A DNA stretch of 64,000 nucleotides, taken from a virus. Below the pieces are notes generated by a model that saw nothing but the letters and a program-made list of their open reading frames with translations, did no database searches and was not told the origin of the DNA. The stretch covers positions 1 to 64,000 of IMG/VR virus record IMGVR_UViG_3300044846_004119; one strand, written 5' to 3'. Position numbers and translations under genes: made by a program. Shown here piece by piece: positions 29,778 to 40,415 of the stretch (the stretch's first letter is position 1; each line of letters begins with the position of its first letter).

Positions 29778-30992
29778 ATGGCAACAAAATATATTGTTAA
29801 TGATTTAACAGGACAAACCATAACGGGTGACCTAACAATCAATGGAAATTTAAATGTTACAGGAACAACAAGTGGTTTATCGACTTACAAAGCACTATTA
29901 ACTCAATTAGGTTCCCAAACAGGTACCACCTTAGGTGGTTTTGGTGGTCTTAATGATGGTTTAATTATAGGTGAAACCTATACAATAACTGATTATGTTA
30001 GTGATGATGATTTTAGTAATATTGCCGATGTAACAAGTGGAGGAATTCTTAATATTGATTATGTTGGTACCGCAACAAATGGTTCTGGAGTCTTTAACGG
30101 TCTTACAGGAACAACAAGTGGTTTGGGTAGTGGGGCATCTTTTGATGTTTATATATGTGGAACGACATATAATTCAATTACCGTTGTAACAAGTGGAGTT
30201 GATTATGTTGTGGGAGACACAATAACAATATTAGGAACTGAACTTAGTGGTAGTACGCCTACAAATGATATAACAATTACAGTTACTGGTTTTAATCCTA
30301 ATCAAACGGGTTGTGTTTTTATTGCAACAGGAGAAATACCAACAAATTGGAGTAACGGTTCTACTTTAGTATCTAGCGGTAATTTAGTGGTAAAAGTATT
30401 AGAAAACAATTTGGGATTTGACATTGAGTGGGATTATGGTATTTTTGACGAAGGAATTTATTTTGGAGTTAATTCAACCACAGGACCATTGTATAATACT
30501 TTTAATAGAAACACAACATTTGTTTTAGGTGGTGGAAATCCAAATCCGTATATCGGTCCTAACCTATTAGAAACTTTTATAGGTCCTATAAGTATATCCG
30601 AGAAAGATGACGCGATTATTGTTGCGGTGTTTGATACGGAGATACTTGAATCAGTTCCTGATAGTTTGTATTATTTTCCTATTGAGATTCAAATTCAACA
30701 AGATACCGACACAACACCAATTGTAATAAGTGGAACTGTAGAAACATCTTTTCCTATTACTCTTACTAGTATTGATTTGCGTTGTAATGGAAATTACATC
30801 CAATCACTTTACGGAGATGGTACAGTAAATGATATGTCAGAACTTATAACTTACTTAAACTCTGAATCAGATATGAGTTATTTAGGTGTATATTCTGATG
30901 ACGGTGATGGAGTTCTTTTAGAAATGTCAACCAATTTAGTAAATCAATTCTGTTCTAGTGGAACATTAACGTTTGAGGTATTCAACGATTAA
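29778..30992 (+). CDS. Probable tail-fibre/structural protein
   Basis: GDLTINGNLNVTG start, G/T-rich, GSGASFDV...SGVDYVVGDTITI module common in phage fibres. Confidence 0.55.
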   Translation: MATKYIVNDLTGQTITGDLTINGNLNVTGTTSGLSTYKALLTQLGSQTGTTLGGFGGLNDGLIIGETYTITDYVSDDDFSNIADVTSGGILNIDYVGTATNGSGVFNGLTGTTSGLGSGASFDVYICGTTYNSITVVTSGVDYVVGDTITILGTELSGSTPTNDITITVTGFNPNQTGCVFIATGEIPTNWSNGSTLVSSGNLVVKVLENNLGFDIEWDYGIFDEGIYFGVNSTTGPLYNTFNRNTTFVLGGGNPNPYIGPNLLETFIGPISISEKDDAIIVAVFDTEILESVPDSLYYFPIEIQIQQDTDTTPIVISGTVETSFPITLTSIDLRCNGNYIQSLYGDGTVNDMSELITYLNSESDMSYLGVYSDDGDGVLLEMSTNLVNQFCSSGTLTFEVFND

Positions 30993-31011
30993 ATTTATAA
31001 AATTTAAAAAA

Positions 31012-31251
31012 ATGATAAAATATATTAAAAGAAAAAGTGATAATAAGTTTCTACAATCTTTAGAAAATGATGTTTGGGTTGATAACTCAAAGGAGGCTTA
31101 TGAAATGACATATAGAGAATGTGAGAATACAAAAACCACATTACTTAACACATATACTTCTGAAGAAATAACTGAAGTTTTTAATATGTTTAAGAGTAAA
31201 CCAATGTCAAGAGAAGAAAAAAAAGAACTACTTAATTTACTAAAAAAATAA
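31012..31251 (+). CDS. Small hypothetical protein
   Basis: ATG at 31012 after an A-rich leader is preferred to the tracked TTG at 30973, which overlaps the upstream gene. Confidence 0.6.
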   Translation: MIKYIKRKSDNKFLQSLENDVWVDNSKEAYEMTYRECENTKTTLLNTYTSEEITEVFNMFKSKPMSREEKKELLNLLKK

Positions 31252-31255
31252 CCCT

Positions 31256-31504
31256 ATGAGAATAAATATTTTAACAGAAAACGATAAGGTAGAACAAGTA
31301 AGAGAAGCTTGGATAAATAAAAATGTTATGAAAATACCTTGTTCATCAACAGGAGAAGAACCTGCAACTCATTGGTTTTGTACAATGGCAGGTTCTGAGG
31401 AAAAAATGAACTCTATTTACGCTAAGAAAAACTTATCTATAATGGAATTAGAAATTGGTCCAAAAGAATTTCTTAATAAATGGAATCTGAAAATTATAAG
31501 ATAG
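31256..31504 (+). CDS. Small hypothetical protein
   Basis: 82-aa ORF tightly packed in the operon. Confidence 0.55.
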   Translation: MRINILTENDKVEQVREAWINKNVMKIPCSSTGEEPATHWFCTMAGSEEKMNSIYAKKNLSIMELEIGPKEFLNKWNLKIIR

Positions 31505-32112
31505 TAAAAAATTTCATCAGTAATGATGAGGTCAAAATAATTGTAGATTGGGTAGATTCATTAAATCCTGAAGACGGTGACCCCAATTACCACTTAAGTG
31601 AAATCTCAAAAACACTAAAGGGAAAATCTTGTGTTATAGACATCTCAAATACCGAACTTACAAACTACATTACAAACTTTCAATCAGTTTCTAAAGTTTC
31701 AAATCAAGAGACACCCCCAATTATCAAAACTATTTTTAAAAGGATATCTGAAAAAAATAACCTACCCCTTGATAATATCTTTATTCAAGCGGTTGATATG
31801 AAAAAAGGTGGTAAAATACAACCCCACTATGATGCGTCGATTGATGGTTACATAAATTATAAGTGTAACATAAGTGTGTTATCAGAAGATTATAAAATTT
31901 TTATAGACGGTTCTTCACCTGTAATAGAACAAAAAGACCTATACTGTTTTGAGGCTTCGTTATACAAACATTGGACAGAAGAGTTTAACTCAAGAAGAGT
32001 TTTTTTAAGTTTTGGGTTTATAGTTCCATATCATGTTTTGGGTAGAACTCATGACGACCCAAGAGTTAGATTAAGTCAAAGAATTGAAAAATATTTTCAA
32101 AAACTTAGTTGA
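31480..32112 (+). CDS. 2OG-Fe(II) oxygenase-like protein
   Basis: GGKIQPHYD (HxD), YKCNISVL, distal H in YKHW, RRVFLSFGF. Confidence 0.7.
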   Translation: MESENYKIVKNFISNDEVKIIVDWVDSLNPEDGDPNYHLSEISKTLKGKSCVIDISNTELTNYITNFQSVSKVSNQETPPIIKTIFKRISEKNNLPLDNIFIQAVDMKKGGKIQPHYDASIDGYINYKCNISVLSEDYKIFIDGSSPVIEQKDLYCFEASLYKHWTEEFNSRRVFLSFGFIVPYHVLGRTHDDPRVRLSQRIEKYFQKLS

Positions 32113-32140
32113 TATAAAACAAAACAAAACCTATATTTAT
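32109..32140 (+). promoter_or_regulatory. sigma70-like promoter for DNA polymerase
   Basis: TTGATA(32109)-N17-TATATT(32132), overlapping a TATTTAT box at 32134. Confidence 0.5.
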
Positions 32141-32199
32141 TTACGAAGGTAAATGCCGACCTTATTCGGTAGCTAATACACCAACTAAAATAATTTATA

Positions 32200-34986
32200 G
32201 TGATAAGTCAAGAAGAAATTAAGTCGTTTCTTGAAGGGAGCGACCCTGAAGAACATATTGTGGCCATAGAGTTTGATTATGTCACAGATTCTATATACAA
32301 AATTAAAGAAATACCTGGTCAAGGTAAAATAATCAAAAAAGATACTTTCACGGCATTTGCTTGGGTTGGTGACTTAAGAGGTTTGAATTTTTATTCATCT
32401 TCTAAGGACCAACAGAAAGCGGCAATGACCAAATATGGTATTGTTATAGATAAGTTAGAAACTGAAGGTAATGAAAGATTAGAACAAGGACTTAAGTTCA
32501 TGGTCAAATCTTTAAAAGGATACCGAACATTAATACAATTTTTTAGGGACGGTGGGTTAGACCCATGGTCAGAACGAGCTAAAAATTTAATCTTAGTTCT
32601 TCCTCCTGTAGAACAATATCTAATCTCAAGGGAGAAGAGGTTATTCAAAGGGTACGAGGAATATAATGACATCACGAGACTCGGATTCGACTTAGAGACG
32701 ACCTCTCTTGAACCTAAAGACGGTCGTATATTCATGATAGGAATCAAAACCAATAAAGGATTCCAAAGAGTTATTGAATGTGCTGACGAAGACCAAGAAA
32801 GAAGAGGTATTGTAGAATTTTTTAGAATTATAGATGAATTAAAACCATCAATTATTGGTGGATATAACTCTTTTAACTTTGACTGGTTTTGGATATTCGA
32901 AAGATGTAAGGCTCTAAATTTAGACATTAAAAAGATATCAAAATCACTAAACCCATCAAGGCCAATCTCTCAAAAGGATGGTATGTTAAAACTTGCTAAC
33001 GAGGTTGAGAGATTTGTTCAAACAGGGTTATGGGGGTATAACATCATCGACATCATTCACTCTGTCCGTAGAGCTCAAGCAATTAACTCAAGTATTAAAT
33101 CAGCGGGTTTGAAATATATAACTCAATACATTAACGCTGAAGCGCCTGACCGTGTATACATCCCCCATGAAGAAATTGGTTCTATGTATGCCAATAAAGA
33201 AGAGTTTTGGTTAAACGTAACTAATGGGAAATACAAGAGGGCGGATAAACCTGAGTTTAATAATTTAGACACTCGTTTTCCTGGCACCTACATTAAAGTT
33301 ACAGGTGATAATATAGTTGAGCGTTATCTTGACGATGACTTAGAGGAAACGTTAACTGTCGATGATGAGTTCAATCAGGGAACGTTTCTATTAGCATCAA
33401 TGGTACCTACAACATATGAAAGAGTATCAACAATGGGTACCGCAACATTATGGAAAATGTTGATGTTAGCTTGGTCTCATAAATACAAATTAGCAATCCC
33501 AAAAAAACAAGAAAAGACAGAATTTGTTGGTGGTTTATCAAGACTACTTAAAGTAGGGTATTCAAGAAACGTATTAAAACTTGACTACTCTTCTCTATAT
33601 CCATCAATTCAGTTAGTACATGACGTATTCCCTGAATGTGATGTTAGAGGGGCGATGAAAGGAATGTTATCTTATTTCCGTAATGCTCGTATTATGTATA
33701 AAAACTTGGCGTCAGAATTTTATGATGTGGATAAAAAGAAATCATTATCTTATGACCGTAAACAATTACCGATTAAGATTTTTATTAACTCAATGTTTGG
33801 CGCGTTATCCGCACCTCAAGTATTTGCGTGGGGTGATATGTATATGGGGGAACAAATTACCTGTACAGGTAGACAATATCTTCGTCAGATGATTAAGTTT
33901 TTTATTAAAAAAGGTTATACTCCACTTGTAATGGATACTGACGGTGTCAACTTTGCTAAACCTGAGGGGTGGGAAAATAGACGTTATATTGGTAAAGGTC
34001 TTAACTGGAAAGTTAAAGAAGGTAAGGAATACACTGGTGATGATTCGGACGTTGCAGAATTTAACGATTTATTCATGAGAGGTGAAATGGCTTTAGATAC
34101 TGATGGTACTTGGCCGTCATGTATTAACTTGGCTCGTAAGAACTATGCTGTTATGGAGTCAAGCGGTAAAGTTAAATTAACTGGTAATACAATTAAATCT
34201 AAAAAATTACCACTATACATTGAGGACTTTTTAGATAAAGGGGTTAAACAATTACTTGAGGGTAAAGGTCAAGAATTTGTTGAGTGGTACTACGAGTATG
34301 TTCAGAAAATATTTAATTTAGAAATTCCTTTAATGAAAATTGCCCAAAGAGCTAAAGTTAAATTATCTTTAGATGATTATAAAAAACGTTGTACTCAAAA
34401 AACCAAAGCCGGCTCATTAATGAGTAGAATGGCTCATATGGAGTTAGCCATCAAACATAATCTAAACATTCAGTTAGGTGATGTTATTTATTATGTAAAT
34501 AACGGATTAAGAGCTTCTCATGGTGATGTTCAAAAAATTACTAAAGCTAACTATACTAAAAAAGAATTAGATTTATTTTCCCAAGAAAATGGTAAAGAAC
34601 CTGAGAATAAAAGTACCTCAATAATACAACTTAATTGTTATATGTTAGAACCAACTGAGATTGAGAATAATCCAAACATGAAAGGTGAATATAACATACA
34701 AAGAGCCATAACAACCTTTAATAAAAGAATTGCTCCCCTATTAGTAGTATTCAAAGAAGAAGTTAGAAACGGATTAATTGTAAACAATCCTGAAGACCGT
34801 GGTTTTTTTACTAAGGGACAATGTGAATTAATTAATGGAGTACCATTTAAAGAGGGTGACCAAGATACCTTAGAGGAAGTGTTAACTTTATCTGATGGTG
34901 AAGTTAAATATTGGGATAAAAGAGGAATGAGCCCTGATTATATATATGAATTAGCTTCTGAAGGATGGGAAAAGTTTATAAATTAA
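32200..34986 (+). CDS. polB: Family B DNA polymerase with 3'-5' exonuclease
   Basis: GFDLETT (ExoI), GYNSFNFD (ExoII), DYSSLYPSI (motif A), KIFINSMFG (motif B), MDTDG (motif C), RKNYA; GTG start. Confidence 0.95.
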   Translation: MISQEEIKSFLEGSDPEEHIVAIEFDYVTDSIYKIKEIPGQGKIIKKDTFTAFAWVGDLRGLNFYSSSKDQQKAAMTKYGIVIDKLETEGNERLEQGLKFMVKSLKGYRTLIQFFRDGGLDPWSERAKNLILVLPPVEQYLISREKRLFKGYEEYNDITRLGFDLETTSLEPKDGRIFMIGIKTNKGFQRVIECADEDQERRGIVEFFRIIDELKPSIIGGYNSFNFDWFWIFERCKALNLDIKKISKSLNPSRPISQKDGMLKLANEVERFVQTGLWGYNIIDIIHSVRRAQAINSSIKSAGLKYITQYINAEAPDRVYIPHEEIGSMYANKEEFWLNVTNGKYKRADKPEFNNLDTRFPGTYIKVTGDNIVERYLDDDLEETLTVDDEFNQGTFLLASMVPTTYERVSTMGTATLWKMLMLAWSHKYKLAIPKKQEKTEFVGGLSRLLKVGYSRNVLKLDYSSLYPSIQLVHDVFPECDVRGAMKGMLSYFRNARIMYKNLASEFYDVDKKKSLSYDRKQLPIKIFINSMFGALSAPQVFAWGDMYMGEQITCTGRQYLRQMIKFFIKKGYTPLVMDTDGVNFAKPEGWENRRYIGKGLNWKVKEGKEYTGDDSDVAEFNDLFMRGEMALDTDGTWPSCINLARKNYAVMESSGKVKLTGNTIKSKKLPLYIEDFLDKGVKQLLEGKGQEFVEWYYEYVQKIFNLEIPLMKIAQRAKVKLSLDDYKKRCTQKTKAGSLMSRMAHMELAIKHNLNIQLGDVIYYVNNGLRASHGDVQKITKANYTKKELDLFSQENGKEPENKSTSIIQLNCYMLEPTEIENNPNMKGEYNIQRAITTFNKRIAPLLVVFKEEVRNGLIVNNPEDRGFFTKGQCELINGVPFKEGDQDTLEEVLTLSDGEVKYWDKRGMSPDYIYELASEGWEKFIN

Positions 34987-35357
34987 CTTAACTTTAATCC
35001 ATCAGAGGATATAATGTACCAAACATCGTCCATCATAAGAAATTCAACACAAGCACCTTTATCGATTAAAATTTCGTCATAGTACTCGTCAATTTTATTT
35101 TTACTAGGAACAATTAATACTTTTGTTAATGTTTTAATAACAATATATTCTGTAGTGTCTGAGTTTAAAGTTATTTTTGATTGTTCAACATCTTTAACTA
35201 ATATAAACTCTTCACCATTAGTACTATAATTAGGTTCTCTGACAACTAATCTAAGTTCGGGGTTTTGAGACATACTAACGGGCGGTTGAGTTTCTCTACC
35301 CCCAACAAATATTTTATCCCCAATTTGTTTTCTACCAAAATTTTTTCTTATTGTCAT
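34983..35357 (-). CDS. Hypothetical protein
   Basis: 124-aa ORF 1 nt downstream of the neck gene. Confidence 0.65.
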   Translation of the reverse strand: MTIRKNFGRKQIGDKIFVGGRETQPPVSMSQNPELRLVVREPNYSTNGEEFILVKDVEQSKITLNSDTTEYIVIKTLTKVLIVPSKNKIDEYYDEILIDKGACVEFLMMDDVWYIISSDGLKLS

Positions 35358-35358
35358 A

Positions 35359-36480
35359 TTAGATTACATATATTTGTCTTGGCATTGCTCTAAACTTAAG
35401 TGATTTGTTTAAATTCTCCGCCAAAAGAGCTTCACGCTCCATTACTTTATCAGGTTTTAATCTGGCTAAAGTACCCTCAACACCAATTAATTCCTCTACT
35501 AATTTAAGTTTTTCGTCTTTACCTTCAGTTAATAAACTAGTATAATCCATTGTTAATTCACTATCAGGTGTTTTAATGTTACCACTAAATTTACCTCTAA
35601 CTCTACCTAAAGTTTCTTTACAAGTTGCGATGAAATATCTTCTAACCCATTGTTTTGCGGGGTTATTTAATTCGGGCCAAGAGAACTTATCTAAAGGAAC
35701 ATCTGAAGGCATTTTAATAATGTCAGGATTATTTTTTAAACATTTGTCTCTATCTTCAGGACCAACATCATAATACCAATACCATACTTTACCCCTATTT
35801 AAATTTCTATTACCAAAATCAAATTTACCACCAGGTGTATTCATTAAATGAATTGCTTTTTTACCTTCAGGTAACGCGGTTATTGTATAGGTTAAATCTC
35901 CTGATATAATTCTTCTTTGAATATTAATTTCTTGCATTCTTAATAACATATCAAATGCTGGCATCATAAAATATGACCCCGTATTACCCATTTGTGAAAA
36001 ACCACCAGGTCCACCAATTCCACCACCGCCTAAACCTCCAAATGAAAAAGCATCAAAATATACACCATTTAAGTCTGATGGTGTAAACCATAATAACTCG
36101 TTAATCTCTCTATGTGCGGGTATTTCGTAAATTTGTTGATTAGGTTCTAATTGTATATAGTCTTTTTTAAGGACCCAATCACCACCAGCTTGTAATCCAA
36201 CAATTTTAGAATAGGCGTAAGTATATCTTGTTTCAAAGTCTAATGTCTTTGTAACAAAGGCTCTTGATAAAGATTGTGTGTCTAAGTTTAATCCCCATAG
36301 ATTTGACCACTGAGATTCAATTAACCAATTTTGTACGTATTGAGAATAGTCGTCAATTGCGAATTCCAATAACGTATCCATTTGTTCGTCCTCTAATTCA
36401 ACCGAACGTAGAGGTGCCCCAAGTAAATGTCTTACTTTAGTATATAATGGGCTTCTTTCATTTTCTGGTATTATTGCCAT
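35359..36480 (-). CDS. Neck/head-tail adaptor protein (T4 gp13-like)
   Basis: VRHLLGAP...VEL...Q.D.....AIDDY N-terminus; WVRRYF.A..KE.LG..RGKF.G.I. Confidence 0.7.
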   Translation of the reverse strand: MAIIPENERSPLYTKVRHLLGAPLRSVELEDEQMDTLLEFAIDDYSQYVQNWLIESQWSNLWGLNLDTQSLSRAFVTKTLDFETRYTYAYSKIVGLQAGGDWVLKKDYIQLEPNQQIYEIPAHREINELLWFTPSDLNGVYFDAFSFGGLGGGGIGGPGGFSQMGNTGSYFMMPAFDMLLRMQEINIQRRIISGDLTYTITALPEGKKAIHLMNTPGGKFDFGNRNLNRGKVWYWYYDVGPEDRDKCLKNNPDIIKMPSDVPLDKFSWPELNNPAKQWVRRYFIATCKETLGRVRGKFSGNIKTPDSELTMDYTSLLTEGKDEKLKLVEELIGVEGTLARLKPDKVMEREALLAENLNKSLKFRAMPRQIYVI

Positions 36481-36502
36481 GTTTTTCGTTTCTATATAAA
36501 TA

Positions 36503-38041
36503 TCAATTTAGTCGGTAAATTAAATTAGATTCCGGGAAAACATATTGACCCCCGATTATCTTAGTATTTTTATTACTAAAAACTAACACTTCTTTATTAT
36601 TTTTTGTAAATATTAACCAATCAGTTGAATATTTTTTAACATTTGCGGAACCTGAGACATGAATTTCACCATCAACATTTTTTATATAGGTGAACGGTTT
36701 AACCTGACTTGTTAATTTAACGCCATCAACTATGATTTCACAGTCAATACCATCAATCATATCTTCTTTACTTCCTAATTTACCAACAGAAATAACGTTA
36801 TCATCACCAAATTTTTTCTTAAGAATCTTAACTGTTTCATCCTCTCTTTTTTGTCCCCAACTATTAGTTTGAGTTAAAATTTTCATTAAGTTTTGAAATG
36901 TTGAGGAATTTTGAGAAAAAATTCTGAACTTATAATCATCTAGTACTTTAACAAGTTTTTTAACTTCACTAATTTGTTCAGATGGTGTTAGGCCAATCAT
37001 TTTAATTTCAGGTTTATCTTGTTTTTTAAGTACTTGGTTAATATCGTTTAGTAGAACACAGAAACAACTATAATTTGTGTTTAATTTGTTAATTACTGAA
37101 CGTCCGTCACTTTCTAAATTATAAACTCCTGACATCTCACCAGGGGCAAATTCGTTATTTTCATAAAAGTTTTCAGGAAAGACTTCTTTCATCATTTTAT
37201 TAACACTCATTTTAAAGATTTCTTTAACTTTTGGGTTGATATTAAATATAAATCTAATCGCCTCGTTAGTATCTCTACCACATCTTTCAGATTTACCTTC
37301 AGAGATAACTGTTTTTAACATAAGACTTTCATTTAATTTAGATTCAACCTTTAATTGGTAAAGTTTGTTTACAAATTCCCAATTAACACATTTCCAAAAG
37401 TTTTTAATATAGTCATCTTTTTTGTTTCTATATTTCAAATAGTAAGCATGTTCCCATAAATCTAATCCAAGTATTGGATAACCACCATCTTCAACAACGT
37501 TCATTAAAGGATTGTCTTGATTTGCTGTGGACACAATTTTTAATTTATTAGTCTTTGTTAAAACTAACCAAACCCATCCCGAACCAAATCGTTCTTTTGC
37601 AACTTCCTCAAATTTAATTCTAAATGAATTATAACTTTTGAAGTCTTTATTAATTTGAGTTAAAACTTCACCGTGAGGTTTTTGAGTTTCAGGAGTTAAC
37701 ATTTTCCAAAATAACGCGTGGTTAAAAGCACCACCTGCGTTATTTCTAATGTTTTTATCAAATCTACTTATTGATTTTATAATTTCTTCTAACTCTAAAT
37801 CCCCATATTTTTTTTTACTAAGAGCAGAATTTAATTTATCAACATAACCTTTATAATGTTTATTATAATGGTAGTTCATAGTTTCTGAGTCAATAAATTG
37901 TTTCAGGGCTGAGTAGGCGTATGGTAATCGTTCGATTCCAATTCTTTTCATTTCGTTTAAGAAAAGTTTTTGATTCTCATTTTTTTCAACCGTTTTAATT
38001 TTTTCGGTTATGAGGTCAATTTTTTTTTCAATATTTTTCAT
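36503..38041 (-). CDS. sod: Mn/Fe superoxide dismutase fused to a C-terminal PD-(D/E)xK-like domain
   Basis: LPYAYSAL, TMNYHYNKHY.GYV, NNAGGAFNHALFW, FGSGWVWL, NQDNP, DLWEHAYY (all four metal ligands). Start placed at ATG 38041, downstream of a TATTTATA box. C-term E..G..RE...DMIDGIDCEI...SQVKP. Confidence 0.85.
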   Translation of the reverse strand: MKNIEKKIDLITEKIKTVEKNENQKLFLNEMKRIGIERLPYAYSALKQFIDSETMNYHYNKHYKGYVDKLNSALSKKKYGDLELEEIIKSISRFDKNIRNNAGGAFNHALFWKMLTPETQKPHGEVLTQINKDFKSYNSFRIKFEEVAKERFGSGWVWLVLTKTNKLKIVSTANQDNPLMNVVEDGGYPILGLDLWEHAYYLKYRNKKDDYIKNFWKCVNWEFVNKLYQLKVESKLNESLMLKTVISEGKSERCGRDTNEAIRFIFNINPKVKEIFKMSVNKMMKEVFPENFYENNEFAPGEMSGVYNLESDGRSVINKLNTNYSCFCVLLNDINQVLKKQDKPEIKMIGLTPSEQISEVKKLVKVLDDYKFRIFSQNSSTFQNLMKILTQTNSWGQKREDETVKILKKKFGDDNVISVGKLGSKEDMIDGIDCEIIVDGVKLTSQVKPFTYIKNVDGEIHVSGSANVKKYSTDWLIFTKNNKEVLVFSNKNTKIIGGQYVFPESNLIYRLN

Positions 38042-38081
38042 AAGGCTTATTTTATTATTATAAATAAGCGGAAGTTTCAAA

Positions 38082-39851
38082 TTATCTGCGATTGTTTATT
38101 CTATTCATCACTTCTTCAATAAAGTCGGCTTTATCTAAATTGTCACCCATAACGGTTTCAAATATATTTTTCTTCTTTATTAAAATGTCATAAATTGCTC
38201 CCTCAATAGTATTTTCAAATATTGGGTAATAAACTGATACATTAGATTTTTGACCGTATCTGTACGCTCTATCTTCCGCTTGTGTGTGGTCTGATGGAAC
38301 AAAAGATAAATCATTCATGATTACGGCCTCAGCGGCGGTTAAGGTTAACCCAACACCTGCGGCTTTTAAGTTACCAACAAAAACTGTAATCTTTTCATTA
38401 TCCTGAAATTGGTCAACTGCGTGTTGTCTCATAGATTTAGAGGTTGACCCATCTAATCTAACCGCCTGTTTACCAAAATGGTCGGCAATTTTATTTAATG
38501 TATTTGTGAAATTAGTAAAAATAATAACCTTTTTTCCTTGGTCAATTATATTCTGAACTAATTCAATCGTATCGTTAATTTTTTCTTCCGCAATGACTTG
38601 TCTAACTTTCATTAACTTACTAAATTGTACCGTTAACGATGAAGATTCGTCTGTTTTATTTTCATACCAATCATAGTACTCTCCCATTAAGCCTTCATAT
38701 AATTTAGATTTAAGTCTTAGGTAGACTGGCGATATTATTTTGTCAGGTAAATCAAGTACCTCAGTTTTTAAACGTCGTAATACTTGTCTTGAGGTTCGGT
38801 CTCTTAATTCCTCTAAGTTAGATGCCCCCGTAACATTCCAAACTTTTCTATTTCCCGCTTTAAATTGGTAACCTTGACAATACCTAATGGCATATGCCAT
38901 CCAATTCTGAGCTACGGGACTCTCAATGAGTGATAACAAGTTAAAATAATTCATTGGTCTTGATGTCATTGGTGTTCCCGTTAACAACCAAAGTTTATCA
39001 ACACTTTTAACAAAACTATTAACTAATTTAGTTCTTTGTGCTTGACCGTTTTGTAAATAATGGGCCTCATCAATAATGATTATACCAAAATTACTTTTAT
39101 ATATTTCAGATTTTTCTTTATCTTTTAAATCGTAAAAATTTTTAAGAATATCGTAATTAACAATTACAAAATCGTGTTCTTGGGAGAAGTTTTTACCTTC
39201 GGCAATATAAACACTCCTATCTGTGTAGTTTTCAATCTCTCTTAGCCAATTTATTTTTAAAGAAGCGGGACAAATAATTAATATTTTCTTAACACCTGTT
39301 TCTAAAGCGGCAATAATGGTGGAAGTTGTTTTACCTAAACCCATATCATCTGCGAGAATAAATCTTTTAGCCCCGGCAAGTTTCTCAATGGCAATTTTTT
39401 GATGTTCTAATGGAGGTCTGTGAGAGTACTTTGAATAATCCACCTCAACATTTTTAATTGTGTGTGTCTTAATTAAAGCTCCTTTAGGTAACCAAAACTC
39501 GTGTATAGTTTCCCCCGATAACACTTTTCCCCAAACATGATAGGCTTTCTCTTTCTCAACCAATAACTTCTCAACCCAAACTTGTTCAGGTATTGTAGTT
39601 AATAATTTTTCGTCAGCAATTTTTTTGGCAAAGTAAGGGTCAAGGTCAACCCATTTTTTTCCAACTTTAGGTGTTACATCGTAATAATTAATAATATAAT
39701 CAGATTGGGCTCTTGTGGGATAAAATTTCTTATTAGATTCTTTTTGAGTTTTTAATTTTAGGATATAGTTATTTGCACCTGAATAAGTTTCAAGTAACTC
39801 TAATGCTCTTCTCTCTAATAGAGGTTTGTTATTTTCTATATTATTTTCCAA
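38082..39851 (-). CDS. SNF2-family (HARP/SMARCAL1-like) helicase
   Basis: ILADDMGLGKT, IICPASLKINW, IIDEAHY, LLTGTP, GVGLTL, QAEDRAYRYGQ. Confidence 0.92.
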   Translation of the reverse strand: MENNIENNKPLLERRALELLETYSGANNYILKLKTQKESNKKFYPTRAQSDYIINYYDVTPKVGKKWVDLDPYFAKKIADEKLLTTIPEQVWVEKLLVEKEKAYHVWGKVLSGETIHEFWLPKGALIKTHTIKNVEVDYSKYSHRPPLEHQKIAIEKLAGAKRFILADDMGLGKTTSTIIAALETGVKKILIICPASLKINWLREIENYTDRSVYIAEGKNFSQEHDFVIVNYDILKNFYDLKDKEKSEIYKSNFGIIIIDEAHYLQNGQAQRTKLVNSFVKSVDKLWLLTGTPMTSRPMNYFNLLSLIESPVAQNWMAYAIRYCQGYQFKAGNRKVWNVTGASNLEELRDRTSRQVLRRLKTEVLDLPDKIISPVYLRLKSKLYEGLMGEYYDWYENKTDESSSLTVQFSKLMKVRQVIAEEKINDTIELVQNIIDQGKKVIIFTNFTNTLNKIADHFGKQAVRLDGSTSKSMRQHAVDQFQDNEKITVFVGNLKAAGVGLTLTAAEAVIMNDLSFVPSDHTQAEDRAYRYGQKSNVSVYYPIFENTIEGAIYDILIKKKNIFETVMGDNLDKADFIEEVMNRINNRR

Positions 39852-39899
39852 AAGATTTGGTTTGAGTTAAAAATAAGTAATCTTTTAATATTTATCAAT

Positions 39900-40415
39900 A
39901 TGTCAACTAATAAAGTACCAATTACTCGAATAGGGAAATTCTTTGGAGATGAAGATTTCAATTTAGACCTTTCAATAGGGGAGGAATGGTTATATGGTGA
40001 TATGAACTTCACATTAGTTCTTTATCGTATTGATAGACTGAAAACAAAAACCGATGATGTTTATGGTGAAACTGTTAGTGATGGTATTAAATTTTTACCA
40101 CCAATAGAGTTTAAAGGGTATGTTCAAATTATGGCACCTGAAAATAAATATTTAGGTAATTCAAAAATAGAACAATTTGAGCCGGGTAATATTAAAGTGT
40201 CAGTTTACCAAAGACAATTGGATGAGTTAGGTGTTGATATTAGTTATGGTGACTATATTGGTTACTATGAAACAGAAGATAGAGTTAGATATTATACCGT
40301 AAATAATGACGGAAGAGTCATCTCAGATAATAAACACACGTATGCAGGGTTTAAACCGTTTTATAGAACTATTATGGCGTCAGCGGTTACTAATAACGAA
40401 TTTAGAGGTTTATAA
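39900..40415 (+). CDS. Head-closure/neck protein (T4 gp14-like)
   Basis: LYRIDR.KT..DDVYGE......F.PP.E....V; G.I..SVY...L.ELG.DI..GD; position before the terminator and sheath genes. Confidence 0.6.
   Translation: MSTNKVPITRIGKFFGDEDFNLDLSIGEEWLYGDMNFTLVLYRIDRLKTKTDDVYGETVSDGIKFLPPIEFKGYVQIMAPENKYLGNSKIEQFEPGNIKVSVYQRQLDELGVDISYGDYIGYYETEDRVRYYTVNNDGRVISDNKHTYAGFKPFYRTIMASAVTNNEFRGL

Noticed and set aside
32200-34986. Intein or intron in the DNA polymerase
   Set aside because: All motifs lie in one 928-aa ORF; no C/S...HN splice junction or LAGLIDADG motif seen.
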